DNA of 64,000 nt. Source: Bacteroidales bacterium. GTDB taxonomy: Bacteria; Bacteroidota; Bacteroidia; Bacteroidales; WCHB1-69. Made by a program: the position numbers and the translations under genes. The DNA lies in NCBI GenBank assembly GCA_017649855.1, contig JAGCGA010000027.1, positions 906 to 64,905 of the forward strand. Direction: 5' to 3'. The stretch's first letter is position 1. Every line of letters starts with the position of its first letter. Of the stretch, positions 26,739 to 35,768 are shown piece after piece. Below the pieces are notes generated by a model, which did no database searches, was not told the origin of the DNA, and saw only the letters and a program-made list of their open reading frames with translations.

Positions 26739-26775
26739 AGCCAACAGCTAATGGCTAATAGCTAATAGCCAATGG
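26739..26775. repeat. five tandem heptamers AGCCAAC AGCTAAT GGCTAAT AGCTAAT AGCCAAT, same family as 4866-4900
   Basis: Direct reading. Shares CAGCTAATGGCTAAT with the queE-proximal array. Overlaps the last four codons and the stop of the sigma-fusion ORF. Confidence 0.85.
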
Positions 26776-28132
26776 TTATCTCCTTCTTTTTCTTTGTCAC
26801 GGGCACCACCTCTTTGCCAGTTAAGTCGATGAAGCCGTAGAAATTGCCCTTTCTTACCAATGCCCTTCCGTCTTGGTAGAAACCGAATTTGCCGATTTCG
26901 TCATATTGGGGGTGTACGACCTCCCGACCATTGCTGTCGATAAACCCCTTGAAACCGAACAGTTCCACCATTGCCCATCCGCTCCGGTACTCGTCATACG
27001 GATGAATGAGGGAATACTTCGGACTTACCACCACGTTTCCCTGCTCATCGGCCAACCCGAAATAGCCGTGGCGCTGGATTTTTTTCAGACTATGATTGTT
27101 AGATGGTGTAGTGGTGGTGTTTTGGGATGCTTTGGGCAATGGTGGGTCGGTTGGTTTAGGTTGGATGACCATGCCGGGGTCGGCTAGAGAAGCCATGCAT
27201 GGCGTTTCTACAGGATTGATCGCTGTGTTATCGGATGGTATGGTGTTCGTGTCCGTGTCTGAAAGCGAGAGTTGTGCCTCTATGGTGGTGTCGGGCAGGG
27301 CAATCGTTTGCGATGTGGGAGGAGGTGTGGTGTTGGCAGGTGATGGAGCATCGGCGGGTGACGCCTGCCAAACGGCCATGGAACCGGCCACGGCTGCCGC
27401 CACTCCCACGCCTGTCATGCCGGCGATGGCTGGAGCTTTCGCGGCGGAGAGCGTCAGCCAGACCGACGGCTTCGGGGCGGCGGCCCAGTTCAGAGCGCCG
27501 AGAGGCGAGGGCGCAGTGGGTGCCAGCGTCAAATGTCCCAATTTGGCCCGGCAGAGACGGTCGATAGCGTGTCCCCGCAATGAAATCAATGATAAGAGGA
27601 CCATAATGCCTGATTTTTTATGTTCGTGTTTGTTTGTCAATGTATGCTGCAACTGCGCCCGTGCCTCCGCCAGATAGCGCTTGGAACTGCGCACCCCAAT
27701 CTGCAATGTCTCAGCGATGTCTGTATGCTTCTGACCCTCGAAGACATATAGGTTGAATACCGCGCGCTGTTTGTCGGGGAGCCTGCCGATAGCCGACAAA
27801 ATCTCCTCCTCTGTACAATCATCCACTCTTAGAGCAAAATCATCTTGAGCGCCGGTCTCTTCCCAGCTATCCTCCACGTCGATATTTTCAATCGACAGAA
27901 ATTGCGGTTGCCGTCGCAGATAGTCGAGGGTGTTGTTCAGATTCACGCGCATCAGCCATCCCTCAAAACTGCCGAGCCGATGAAAACTTCCCGATTTCTC
28001 AATGGCCTTGAGGAAGGCGTCGTGCGCCAGGTCCTCCGCCAATGCTCGATCACCTACATAGCGACAGCATACGCCAATCATCTTGCCTATGTAACGTTGA
28101 TATGCTCTCGTCCAAAAACGCTGTGACTGCAT
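26762..28132 (-). CDS. ECF (sigma-70 family) sigma factor fused in one ORF to a TM segment, a Pro/Thr-rich linker and C-terminal WG-like beta repeats
   Basis: ORF 26762..28180, start at the ATG at 28132. Region 2: EDLAHDAFLKAIEK...GWLMRVNLNNTLDYLRR. Region 4: LPDKQRAVFNLYVFEGQKHTDIAETLQIGVRSSKRYL. Hydrophobic helix IAGMTGVGVAAAVAGSMAVW. Repeats YFGLADEQGNVVVSPKY / FKGFIDSNGREVVHPQY / FYGFIDLTGKEVVP. Confidence 0.7.
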   Translation of the reverse strand: MQSQRFWTRAYQRYIGKMIGVCCRYVGDRALAEDLAHDAFLKAIEKSGSFHRLGSFEGWLMRVNLNNTLDYLRRQPQFLSIENIDVEDSWEETGAQDDFALRVDDCTEEEILSAIGRLPDKQRAVFNLYVFEGQKHTDIAETLQIGVRSSKRYLAEARAQLQHTLTNKHEHKKSGIMVLLSLISLRGHAIDRLCRAKLGHLTLAPTAPSPLGALNWAAAPKPSVWLTLSAAKAPAIAGMTGVGVAAAVAGSMAVWQASPADAPSPANTTPPPTSQTIALPDTTIEAQLSLSDTDTNTIPSDNTAINPVETPCMASLADPGMVIQPKPTDPPLPKASQNTTTTPSNNHSLKKIQRHGYFGLADEQGNVVVSPKYSLIHPYDEYRSGWAMVELFGFKGFIDSNGREVVHPQYDEIGKFGFYQDGRALVRKGNFYGFIDLTGKEVVPVTKKKKEITIGY

Positions 28133-28154
28133 GCTCTCTTTTTTTATAATGACG

Positions 28155-28162
28155 CAAAAATA
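28155..28162 (-). promoter_or_regulatory. -7 promoter box (TATTTTTG on - strand) for the sigma-fusion gene
   Basis: TAnnTTTG match 22 nt upstream of the ATG at 28132. Confidence 0.4.
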
Positions 28163-28189
28163 CAAAAAGGGGCCACCCAAAAATAATAT

Positions 28190-28197
28190 TATCTTTG
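28190..28197 (+). promoter_or_regulatory. -7 promoter box TATCTTTG for the YitT-family gene
   Basis: TAnnTTTG match 41 nt upstream of the ATG at 28239. Confidence 0.4.
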
Positions 28198-28238
28198 CAC
28201 ACTGAAAAAAACACTTGAAATACTAACATTATCTGAAT

Positions 28239-29180
28239 ATGAAAAACATTCTTAACGTACTTAAAACCAAAAAGTTCTGGGTTGAGTTGCTGATTATGAC
28301 CGTCGGTATGATGATTACCGCTTGCGCGGTCTATTACTTCCTGGTGCCAAGCAAACTGATCATCGGTACCATCTCTGGTCTCTCCATCGTCATCAGTGGA
28401 GTGTCCAAGAGTCTCTTTGGGGTGGCGCTGCCTGTATCCACGGTCATCCTCGTGGTCAATGCCATCCTGTTGATTTTAGCTTATTTCTTGATCGGAAAGG
28501 AATTTGGTATCAAAACCGTGTACACTGCCCTGATTCTGGGCCCGATGATGCGTGTGCTGGAGACCTATTTTCCCTATGAGCGTTTCATCCAGCCGGATGC
28601 TGCAGTCCCTTCCATTATGGGCGATATCTGGTTTGACCTTTGCTGTTTTGTGCTCTTGCTGAGCGCTGCCCAGGCCGTCCTTTTCAAAATCAACGCCTCC
28701 ACGGGCGGATTGGACATCCTGGCCAAGATTGTCAACAAATACTTGCACTTCGACATCGGTGCCTCCGTGTCTGTGGCGGGTGCCATCATCTGCTGCACCG
28801 CTTTTGCCATCAACCCCTTCCACATGGTGGTCATCGGTCTGATTGGCACCTGGATCAATGGTCTGGTGGTGGATTACTTCACCGCAGGCCTCAACAACAA
28901 AAAGCGCGTCTGCATCGTCTCCAAAGACTACGACCGCATCCGTCGCTATATCATCGACGAGTTGGTGCGCGGCTGCACACTGTATGAGGTGACGGGCGGC
29001 TATACTAACGAGAAATCCATTGAGTTGGAAAGCCTGCTGACCAAGGATGAGTTCGTGCAACTGATGGCTTTCATCAATCAAAATGAGATCAAAGCCTTTA
29101 TCACGGCTGGTAATGTCAGCGAGGTATATGGCTTATGGCTTGACAAGAAGCATATCAAGACGCATGCTGACAAGCGTTAG
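28239..29180 (+). CDS. YitT-family membrane protein (DUF2179 C-terminal domain)
   Basis: 313 aa. N-terminal TM bundle with ...TACAVYYFLVPSKLIIGTISGLSIV... and a C-terminal soluble domain ...CTLYEVTGGYTNE... Confidence 0.65.
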   Translation: MKNILNVLKTKKFWVELLIMTVGMMITACAVYYFLVPSKLIIGTISGLSIVISGVSKSLFGVALPVSTVILVVNAILLILAYFLIGKEFGIKTVYTALILGPMMRVLETYFPYERFIQPDAAVPSIMGDIWFDLCCFVLLLSAAQAVLFKINASTGGLDILAKIVNKYLHFDIGASVSVAGAIICCTAFAINPFHMVVIGLIGTWINGLVVDYFTAGLNNKKRVCIVSKDYDRIRRYIIDELVRGCTLYEVTGGYTNEKSIELESLLTKDEFVQLMAFINQNEIKAFITAGNVSEVYGLWLDKKHIKTHADKR

Positions 29181-29187
29181 GCTTGGG

Positions 29188-30543
29188 TTAGCTCCGGCGA
29201 AATGCCAAGCGCTCTCCCCGATGCTCGTCGTGGAACTCCCCATTTTCGAACACTAGGTTGCCATTGACAAAAGTGTGGGTCACTAGCGTATGGACCGTTT
29301 GTCCCACATAGGGTGTCCAGCCACACTTGTAGTGGAGGCTGTCGGGGGTGATTTGCCAGTCGGCATGGATATCCACGATGGCCAGGTCGGCATGATAGCC
29401 CTCCCGGATAAAGCCTCGACGGTCAATCTGATACAGGATGGCCGGGTTGTGGCACATCCGCTGTACCAGCTGCTCCATCGTCAGGCTTGTCTCTTCGGCC
29501 ACTCGCATCATGATGGGCAGGGTGTGCTGGATAGAGGGGAAGCCGGATTTGGCGGTGAAATAGTTGTCGGTGAACTTCTCCTCCCGAAGGTGTGGCGCAT
29601 GGTCGGAGCCGATGGTGTCGATGAGGCCGTTGCACAACGCCTCACGCAAGGCCTGCCGGTCGTCCGCTGTCTTGATGGCCGGATTGCATTTGATGGCAAA
29701 GCCCAATCGGTCGTAATCCGTATCGTCAAAAAGCAGGTAATGCGGACAGGTTTCAGCGGTTATCTTCTTTTCTGTCAGGTCGATGTTGTTGCTGAAGAGC
29801 GAAAGTTCCCGTTGGGTGGAGATGTGCATGATATGCAGGCGTGCTCCCGTCTTGGCAGCCAGTTCCGCCGCCTTGGCAGAGGAGCGATAGCAGGCTTCTG
29901 CCGTGCGTATGAGCGGGTGCAGATTCGCGGTTGGCTGTACGCTGCCTTCTTTGACTAATGCCTGGTAGTGCTGCGTGTTGTTCCGGATGATCTCCTCCTC
30001 CTCGCAGTGGGCGGCGATGAGACAGGGCGCCTCCTGAAAGATGGCCTTCAAGGCGCTGTCGTCGTCCACCAGCATGTTGCCAGTGCTGGAGCCCATAAAC
30101 AACTTGATACCGCATACCTTCGCGGGGTCGGTGGCGCTCACCTCCTGGAGGTTGTCGTGGGTGGCCCCAAGATAGAAGGAGTAGTTGGCTAGCGACCTCT
30201 CCGCCGCCAGATCGAATTTCTCCTGCAACAGAGCTTGGGTGGTGGTCTGCGGCACCGTGTTGGGCATCTCCATGACGGAGGTCACACCGCCCGCAACAGC
30301 CGCCCGGCTCTCACTCCAGATGTCCGCTTTGGCTGTCATGCCCGGCTCCCGAAAGTGCACGTGCTCGTCAATGATGCCCGGAATCAGATATCGGCCCCGA
30401 CCATCGATGACCGTGGCGTGCGGAGCTACCATGGGAACATCGTTCCGGGTTATCTTGGAGATCATTCCGTCGGAGATGAGCACACTGCCTTCAAAGCTCT
30501 TGCCTTCATTTACAATCGTGATGTTTTGTATGAGAAATTCCAT
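29188..30543 (-). CDS. pyrC: dihydroorotase (cyclic amidohydrolase)
   Basis: 451 aa. PGIIDEHVHFREPG metal-binding HxH motif and ...GSDHAPH... near the C-terminus. Confidence 0.7.
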   Translation of the reverse strand: MEFLIQNITIVNEGKSFEGSVLISDGMISKITRNDVPMVAPHATVIDGRGRYLIPGIIDEHVHFREPGMTAKADIWSESRAAVAGGVTSVMEMPNTVPQTTTQALLQEKFDLAAERSLANYSFYLGATHDNLQEVSATDPAKVCGIKLFMGSSTGNMLVDDDSALKAIFQEAPCLIAAHCEEEEIIRNNTQHYQALVKEGSVQPTANLHPLIRTAEACYRSSAKAAELAAKTGARLHIMHISTQRELSLFSNNIDLTEKKITAETCPHYLLFDDTDYDRLGFAIKCNPAIKTADDRQALREALCNGLIDTIGSDHAPHLREEKFTDNYFTAKSGFPSIQHTLPIMMRVAEETSLTMEQLVQRMCHNPAILYQIDRRGFIREGYHADLAIVDIHADWQITPDSLHYKCGWTPYVGQTVHTLVTHTFVNGNLVFENGEFHDEHRGERLAFRRS

Positions 30544-30567
30544 CGCTTGATATTAAAAATGCAACGG

Positions 30568-30575
30568 CAAAAATA
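30568..30575 (-). promoter_or_regulatory. -7 promoter box (TATTTTTG on - strand) for pyrC
   Basis: TAnnTTTG match 24 nt upstream of the ATG at 30543. Confidence 0.4.
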
Positions 30576-30636
30576 GCTAAAAAATCATTTCTTTTTTTGA
30601 TGTCTGGACAGAATGCGGATTGTTTCAAAAAAATCG

Positions 30637-30644
30637 TACTTTTG
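30637..30644 (+). promoter_or_regulatory. -7 promoter box TACTTTTG for xylA
   Basis: TAnnTTTG match 97 nt upstream of the ATG at 30742. Confidence 0.4.
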
Positions 30645-30741
30645 CTTTCTCATAAGTATCAACTGACATTGTCTCGTACTCTCTTACCTTTTCTATATTC
30701 CTTTAACTATTCATCATTCATTCACCATTATCTATTAAATC

Positions 30742-32070
30742 ATGAACTTCTATCAGGGACAGACCGCTTTTTCCCCCAATATCGGGAAAATCCAATTTGA
30801 AGGCAAGGAATCCAAGAATCCTTTGGCTTTCCATTATTATGACGAAAACCGTGTGGTGTTGGGCAAGACCATGCGTGATCATCTTAAGTTTGCCATGGCC
30901 TACTGGCACACGCTTTGCGCCGATGGCGTGGACCAGTTCGGCGGGCCTACCAAGACCTTCCCGTGGAATGCCGCCCAGGATCCAATCTCCCGTGCCAAAC
31001 TCAAGATGGATGCGGCTTTCGAGTTCATGACCAAGTGTTCAATCCCGTACTATTGTTTTCACGATGTGGATGTGGTGGAGCCGGGAGATAGCTTGGCCGA
31101 GTTTGAAAAACGTCTTGCCATGATGGTGGAACATGCCAAGGGTCTGCAGGCTGCCACTGGCAAACAGCTGCTCTGGTCCACGGCCAATGTGTTCGGTCAT
31201 AAGCGCTATATGAACGGTGCAGCCACCAATCCCGACTTTCACGTCACCACCTTTGCCGCGACCCAGATCAAAAACGCCATCGATGCCTGTATTGCGCTGG
31301 GAGGGCAGAACTACGTCTTCTGGGGCGGCCGCGAGGGATACATGTCACTGCTCAACACCGATATGAAGCGCGAGAAGGAACATCTGGCCAGGATGCTGAC
31401 GATGGCCCGCGACTATGGCCGCAAGCAGGGCTTCAAGGGGACTTTCCTCATAGAACCCAAACCGATGGAGCCTACCAAGCATCAGTATGACGCGGATGCC
31501 GAAACGGTCATCGGGTTCCTCAGGCACTATGGCCTGGACAAGGACTTTGCCTTGAACATTGAGGTGAACCATGCCACGCTGGCTGGCCACACCTTCGAAC
31601 ACGAGTTGCAGTGCGCCGCCGATGCGGGCATGTTGTGCAGCATCGACATCAACCGTGGGGACTATCAGAATGGCTGGGATACCGACCAGTTCCCCATCGA
31701 CATCTACGAGTTGACGATGGCATGGCTGGTCATCCTGCAGGGTGGCGGCTTCACCACGGGCGGCACCAACTTCGATGCCAAGACGCGCCGCAACTCCACC
31801 GACCTGGAAGACCTATTCTATGCCCATATCAGCGGCATGGACGCTTTCGCACGGGGCCTGCTTACCGCGGCGGCCATCATTGAAAACTCCGACCTGTTGA
31901 AGATGCGCGCCCACCGCTATGCCTCCTTCGACCAAGGGGATGGCAAGGCCTTTGAAGAGGGCAAACTCACGCTGGAGGATATGCGTCGCATCGCCTTGCA
32001 ACTGCCTGAGCCGCAACAAATCAGCGGACAACAGGAACTGTATGAAATGATCGTGAACATGTATGTGTAA
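30742..32070 (+). CDS. xylA: xylose isomerase
   Basis: 442 aa. [44 protein letters not shown] and [16 protein letters not shown] are class II XylA signatures. Confidence 0.95.
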   Translation: MNFYQGQTAFSPNIGKIQFEGKESKNPLAFHYYDENRVVLGKTMRDHLKFAMAYWHTLCADGVDQFGGPTKTFPWNAAQDPISRAKLKMDAAFEFMTKCSIPYYCFHDVDVVEPGDSLAEFEKRLAMMVEHAKGLQAATGKQLLWSTANVFGHKRYMNGAATNPDFHVTTFAATQIKNAIDACIALGGQNYVFWGGREGYMSLLNTDMKREKEHLARMLTMARDYGRKQGFKGTFLIEPKPMEPTKHQYDADAETVIGFLRHYGLDKDFALNIEVNHATLAGHTFEHELQCAADAGMLCSIDINRGDYQNGWDTDQFPIDIYELTMAWLVILQGGGFTTGGTNFDAKTRRNSTDLEDLFYAHISGMDAFARGLLTAAAIIENSDLLKMRAHRYASFDQGDGKAFEEGKLTLEDMRRIALQLPEPQQISGQQELYEMIVNMYV

Positions 32071-32184
32071 GCCTTTGCCAGGCATTCGCGATTGCAAACA
32101 AAAAATAAGGGAGCTCTGAAAAGAGTCACCCTCATTTTTTGTTTGGCAGGTTCTAAAGGATGGAACACACCAAAACTTAAGAGG

Positions 32185-32430
32185 CTATTGCTCGGTACAC
32201 TCAATGGTTTGGGTGTAGGTGTCGCCATCAGCGCTCATCGTTTGCGTGGCGTTCATGTCCTCACAGTGACCTTTGTCGATAGTCAGCGTGGTGGTAGTGA
32301 CGATGGGGGCCTCGCCCGTCAGAGTTTGCGTGGTGACGCAGGTGCAGGTTCTGGTTTTGGAGCAACCAGCAAAGACAAACATACCGGCAACAACAGCCAA
32401 AAGCAATACTTTCTTCATTTCTTTCATCAT
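32185..32430 (-). CDS. small Thr/Cys-rich lipoprotein, function unknown
   Basis: 81 aa with the lipobox MFVFAGC and four further Cys. A -7 box lies at 32513-32520 (TATTTTTG on - strand). Could still be a spurious ORF. Confidence 0.4.
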   Translation of the reverse strand: MMKEMKKVLLLAVVAGMFVFAGCSKTRTCTCVTTQTLTGEAPIVTTTTLTIDKGHCEDMNATQTMSADGDTYTQTIECTEQ

Positions 32431-32584
32431 GGACTTCTAGTTTTACACTCATAACGCCGAATTCGCGAATGATGCGAAGTCCTTTGAACATCATCCGAAA
32501 AATACGACGCTGCAAAAATAACATTATTATACATAGGAGATGATGCAAAAAATACGGGGGGTTGCAGTCCGTCGTGATTTTTTT

Positions 32585-32592
32585 TACTTTTG
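32585..32592 (+). promoter_or_regulatory. -7 promoter box TACTTTTG for the sugar transporter
   Basis: TAnnTTTG match 27 nt upstream of the ATG at 32620. Confidence 0.4.
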
Positions 32593-32619
32593 CAACTTTC
32601 TTTTTCACAACAAGCAGAT

Positions 32620-34173
32620 ATGAAGAACAATAAACTTTACATTATGGCGCTGACCTTGGTGGCTACGATGGGTGGCCTCTTGTTCGGCTATGATACGGCG
32701 GTGATCTCCGGCACGGTGGAGTCGTTGCGCGTCTTTTTCATTGATCCGCAGAATCTGCCTGCAGCCCAGTCCAACGCCTTGGAAGGCTTTGTGGTGAGCA
32801 GCGCCTTGATAGGCTGCATCATTGGGGCTTGCCTGGCGGGTTGGCTGTCGCAGAAGTTCGGGCGCAAACCCTCGTTGATGATTGCTGCAGTCCTCTTCCT
32901 GCTCTCCGCATTACGGTCTGCTTGGCCTGAGATCTTATGGGGCATGCCTGGGGATGGCGACTACACCTTCCTCCGGCATTTCGTCTTCTACCGCATCAGT
33001 GGCGGCGTGGGCGTTGGCATCGCCTCCATGGTCTCCCCAATGTACATCGCGGAGGTGGCACCTTCCGAAAAGCGCGGCACTTTGGTGTCATGGAACCAAT
33101 TCGCCATCATCCTCGGTATGCTGATCATCTACTTTGTGAATTACGCCATAGCCCGCCAAGGCGACAGTAACTGGCTACACATGACCGGTTGGCGCTGGAT
33201 GTTCGCCTCCGAGATGATCCCTGCCGGAATCTTCCTCATCGCCCTCTGCTTTGTGCCGGAGACTCCTCGTTACTTGGTGATGCGCGGTCATGACGAAAAA
33301 GCTCTTGCCGTGTTGCGTAAGATATCTGGAGACAATGCCGAAAAAGAGATGTCCTCCATCCGCGCAAGCCTTTCCCAAAAAGAGCCTTCCATGCAACCGT
33401 TCTATGTATTCATGCTTACCTGGCTTTTCTTCTTTGTGGTCGGCTTCATCATCCTGAAACTATGTTCGGTGAATAGCGCATTTGAGATCTCACTGCTCTT
33501 CAGCTTCCTGATTTCTCTGGTGGTTCCTATCCGCAGCTATGGCATTCCCATCATCGTGGTGGGGGTGTTGCTGGCCTCCCTGCAACAGTTCATCGGCATT
33601 AATGTGGTGCTCTACTATGCACCTGAAATCTTCAAGACGATGGGCTCTGCTACCGACACGGCCCTTTTGCAGCAAGTGCTTGTCGGGGCTGTCAACCTTT
33701 CGTTCACCATCCTTGCCATCCTCACTGTCGATAGGTTCGGCCGTCGTCCGCTCATGATTATCGGAGCTTTGGTGATGTCTTTCTCCATGTTCATTCTGGG
33801 AGCTACCTTCCATACCCACAATGTGGGCATCGGTTCGCTGGTCTGTATGCTCGTCTATACCGCCGGCTTCGCCATGTCGTGGGGACCTGTCTGCTGGGTG
33901 TTGTTGTCGGAAATCTTCCCCAACTCCATCCGCTCCATGGTGATGGCTGTGGCCGTGGCCTCGCAATGGATCTCCAACTTCTTGGTATCCTGGACCTTCC
34001 CGATGCTGGACAAGAACGAAACACTTACCGCTGTGTTCAACCACGGCTTCTCCTACTGGATCTACGGACTGATGGGCGTGCTCGCGGCCCTCTTCATCTG
34101 GAAAATGGTGCCCGAGACCACCGGCAAGTCGCTGGAGGAGATGGAGCAATATTGGAAGAATAGAGCTAAATAA
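32620..34173 (+). CDS. xylE: MFS sugar porter, D-xylose:H+ symporter-like
   Basis: ORF 32590..34173, start at the ATG at 32620. GGLLFGYDTAVISG, PETPRYL, QQFIGINVVLYYAPEIF, DRFGRRPL and PETTGKSLEEME are sugar-porter signatures. Adjacent to xylA. Confidence 0.8.
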   Translation: MKNNKLYIMALTLVATMGGLLFGYDTAVISGTVESLRVFFIDPQNLPAAQSNALEGFVVSSALIGCIIGACLAGWLSQKFGRKPSLMIAAVLFLLSALRSAWPEILWGMPGDGDYTFLRHFVFYRISGGVGVGIASMVSPMYIAEVAPSEKRGTLVSWNQFAIILGMLIIYFVNYAIARQGDSNWLHMTGWRWMFASEMIPAGIFLIALCFVPETPRYLVMRGHDEKALAVLRKISGDNAEKEMSSIRASLSQKEPSMQPFYVFMLTWLFFFVVGFIILKLCSVNSAFEISLLFSFLISLVVPIRSYGIPIIVVGVLLASLQQFIGINVVLYYAPEIFKTMGSATDTALLQQVLVGAVNLSFTILAILTVDRFGRRPLMIIGALVMSFSMFILGATFHTHNVGIGSLVCMLVYTAGFAMSWGPVCWVLLSEIFPNSIRSMVMAVAVASQWISNFLVSWTFPMLDKNETLTAVFNHGFSYWIYGLMGVLAALFIWKMVPETTGKSLEEMEQYWKNRAK

Positions 34174-34179
34174 GAGATA

Positions 34180-35763
34180 CTACTGTTTGGAAACCTCTTG
34201 GATGAAGCTCATGAAGAGAGGGTGAGGTTGTAGCACTGTGCTGGCGTATTCGGGATGGAACTGTGTTCCGATGAACCATCGATGGTCTGGAATCTCCACA
34301 ATTTCCACCAATCCGTTGTCCGGATTTACTCCGACACACTGCATGCCGTGCTGCTCGTATTCCTCTTTGTACCGGTTGTTGAACTCATAGCGGTGACGGT
34401 GCCGCTCGCTGATCTGGAGGGTCCCGTAGATGTCGGCCACGCGGCTGCCGGCACGGAGGGTACAGTCGTACGCTCCCAAGCGCATGGTGCCGCCCATGTT
34501 GGTCACGGATTTCTGCTCTTCCATCAGGTCTATCACATTGTGCGGGGTGCCTGCATCCATCTCCGCAGAGTTGGCATCCTGGTAATGCAATACGTTACGG
34601 GCAAATTCAATGACCATCATCTGCATGCCTAAGCAGATGCCAAAGATGGGAAGGTTGTGGGTGCGGGCATGCTGAACCGCAATGATTTTACCCTCAATGC
34701 CACGTTGCCCGAAGCCGGGACAAATCAGCACTCCAGACACTTGGGAGAGCTTCTCTTCCACATTTGCTTCGGTGATGGTCTCGCTGTTGATGAAGTCAAT
34801 CTTCACCTTCACATGGTTATAGGTCCCTGCCAGATGAAGGCTCTCCCGGATGCTCTTGTAGGCATCCTGCAAGTCGTATTTGCCCACCAAGCCAACATGC
34901 ACCTCCTTTTGGGCGGTCTCTTGTAGCTCCAGAAAATGGTGCCATGCCTTCATGTCGGGGGCTTCGCCTACCGGCACATTGAATTTCCGCAGGATGGCGG
35001 CATCCAATCCCTGTCGCTGCATGTTGACCGGGACTTCATAGATGCTGGGCAGGTCTTCGCTCTGCACCACGCATTCCAGTTCCACATTACAGAAGGAGGC
35101 TACCTTCTGACGGATGCTGTCGGAGAGGTGCTTCTCAGTGCGCAGGACGAGCACATCGGGTTGGATACCAGCACTCTGCATCTCCTTGACTGAGTGCTGC
35201 GTAGGCTTCGTCTTGAGTTCGTCGGCTGCCTTCAGGTAGGGCACATAGGTGAGGTGGATGCTGACAGCGCGGTCGCCCAACTCCCATTTCAGCTGGCGGA
35301 TGGCCTCCAGGAACGGGGCCGACTCGATGTCGCCGATGGTGCCGCCGATCTCCGAAATCACAAAGTCCACATCATCGTCACGCAACATCCGACGCTTGAT
35401 CTCGTCCGTGATATGGGGCACCACCTGGATAGTCTTGCCCAGATAGTCGCCATGACGCTCCTTGTCGATGACCGTCTTGTAGATTCTGCCCGTCGTAATG
35501 GAGTTGTCCCGGGTGGTCTGGATGCCCGTAAAGCGCTCATAATGACCCAAGTCCAGGTCGGTCTCCATGCCATCGACCGTCACATAGCACTCCCCATGCT
35601 CGTAGGGGTTCAGCGTTCCTGGATCTATGTTGATGTAGGGATCAAACTTCTGGATGGTGATGGAGTATCCGCGCGCCTGCAGCAGCTTGCCGATACTGGC
35701 CGAGATAATGCCCTTGCCCAAAGAGGAGACCACGCCTCCTGTTACAAAAATATAACGTTTCAT
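34180..35763 (-). CDS. pyrG: CTP synthase
   Basis: MKRYIFVTGGVVSSLGKGI..., and a C-terminal GATase domain with GICLGMQ. Confidence 0.95.
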   Translation of the reverse strand: MKRYIFVTGGVVSSLGKGIISASIGKLLQARGYSITIQKFDPYINIDPGTLNPYEHGECYVTVDGMETDLDLGHYERFTGIQTTRDNSITTGRIYKTVIDKERHGDYLGKTIQVVPHITDEIKRRMLRDDDVDFVISEIGGTIGDIESAPFLEAIRQLKWELGDRAVSIHLTYVPYLKAADELKTKPTQHSVKEMQSAGIQPDVLVLRTEKHLSDSIRQKVASFCNVELECVVQSEDLPSIYEVPVNMQRQGLDAAILRKFNVPVGEAPDMKAWHHFLELQETAQKEVHVGLVGKYDLQDAYKSIRESLHLAGTYNHVKVKIDFINSETITEANVEEKLSQVSGVLICPGFGQRGIEGKIIAVQHARTHNLPIFGICLGMQMMVIEFARNVLHYQDANSAEMDAGTPHNVIDLMEEQKSVTNMGGTMRLGAYDCTLRAGSRVADIYGTLQISERHRHRYEFNNRYKEEYEQHGMQCVGVNPDNGLVEIVEIPDHRWFIGTQFHPEYASTVLQPHPLFMSFIQEVSKQ

Positions 35764-35768
35764 AATGA

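Noticed and set aside
32071-32184. Terminator hairpin after xylA (AAGGGAGCTC...GAGTCACCCT followed by T6)
   Set aside because: The arms pair imperfectly, with several mismatches when written out. It is too weak to annotate without a folding calculation.
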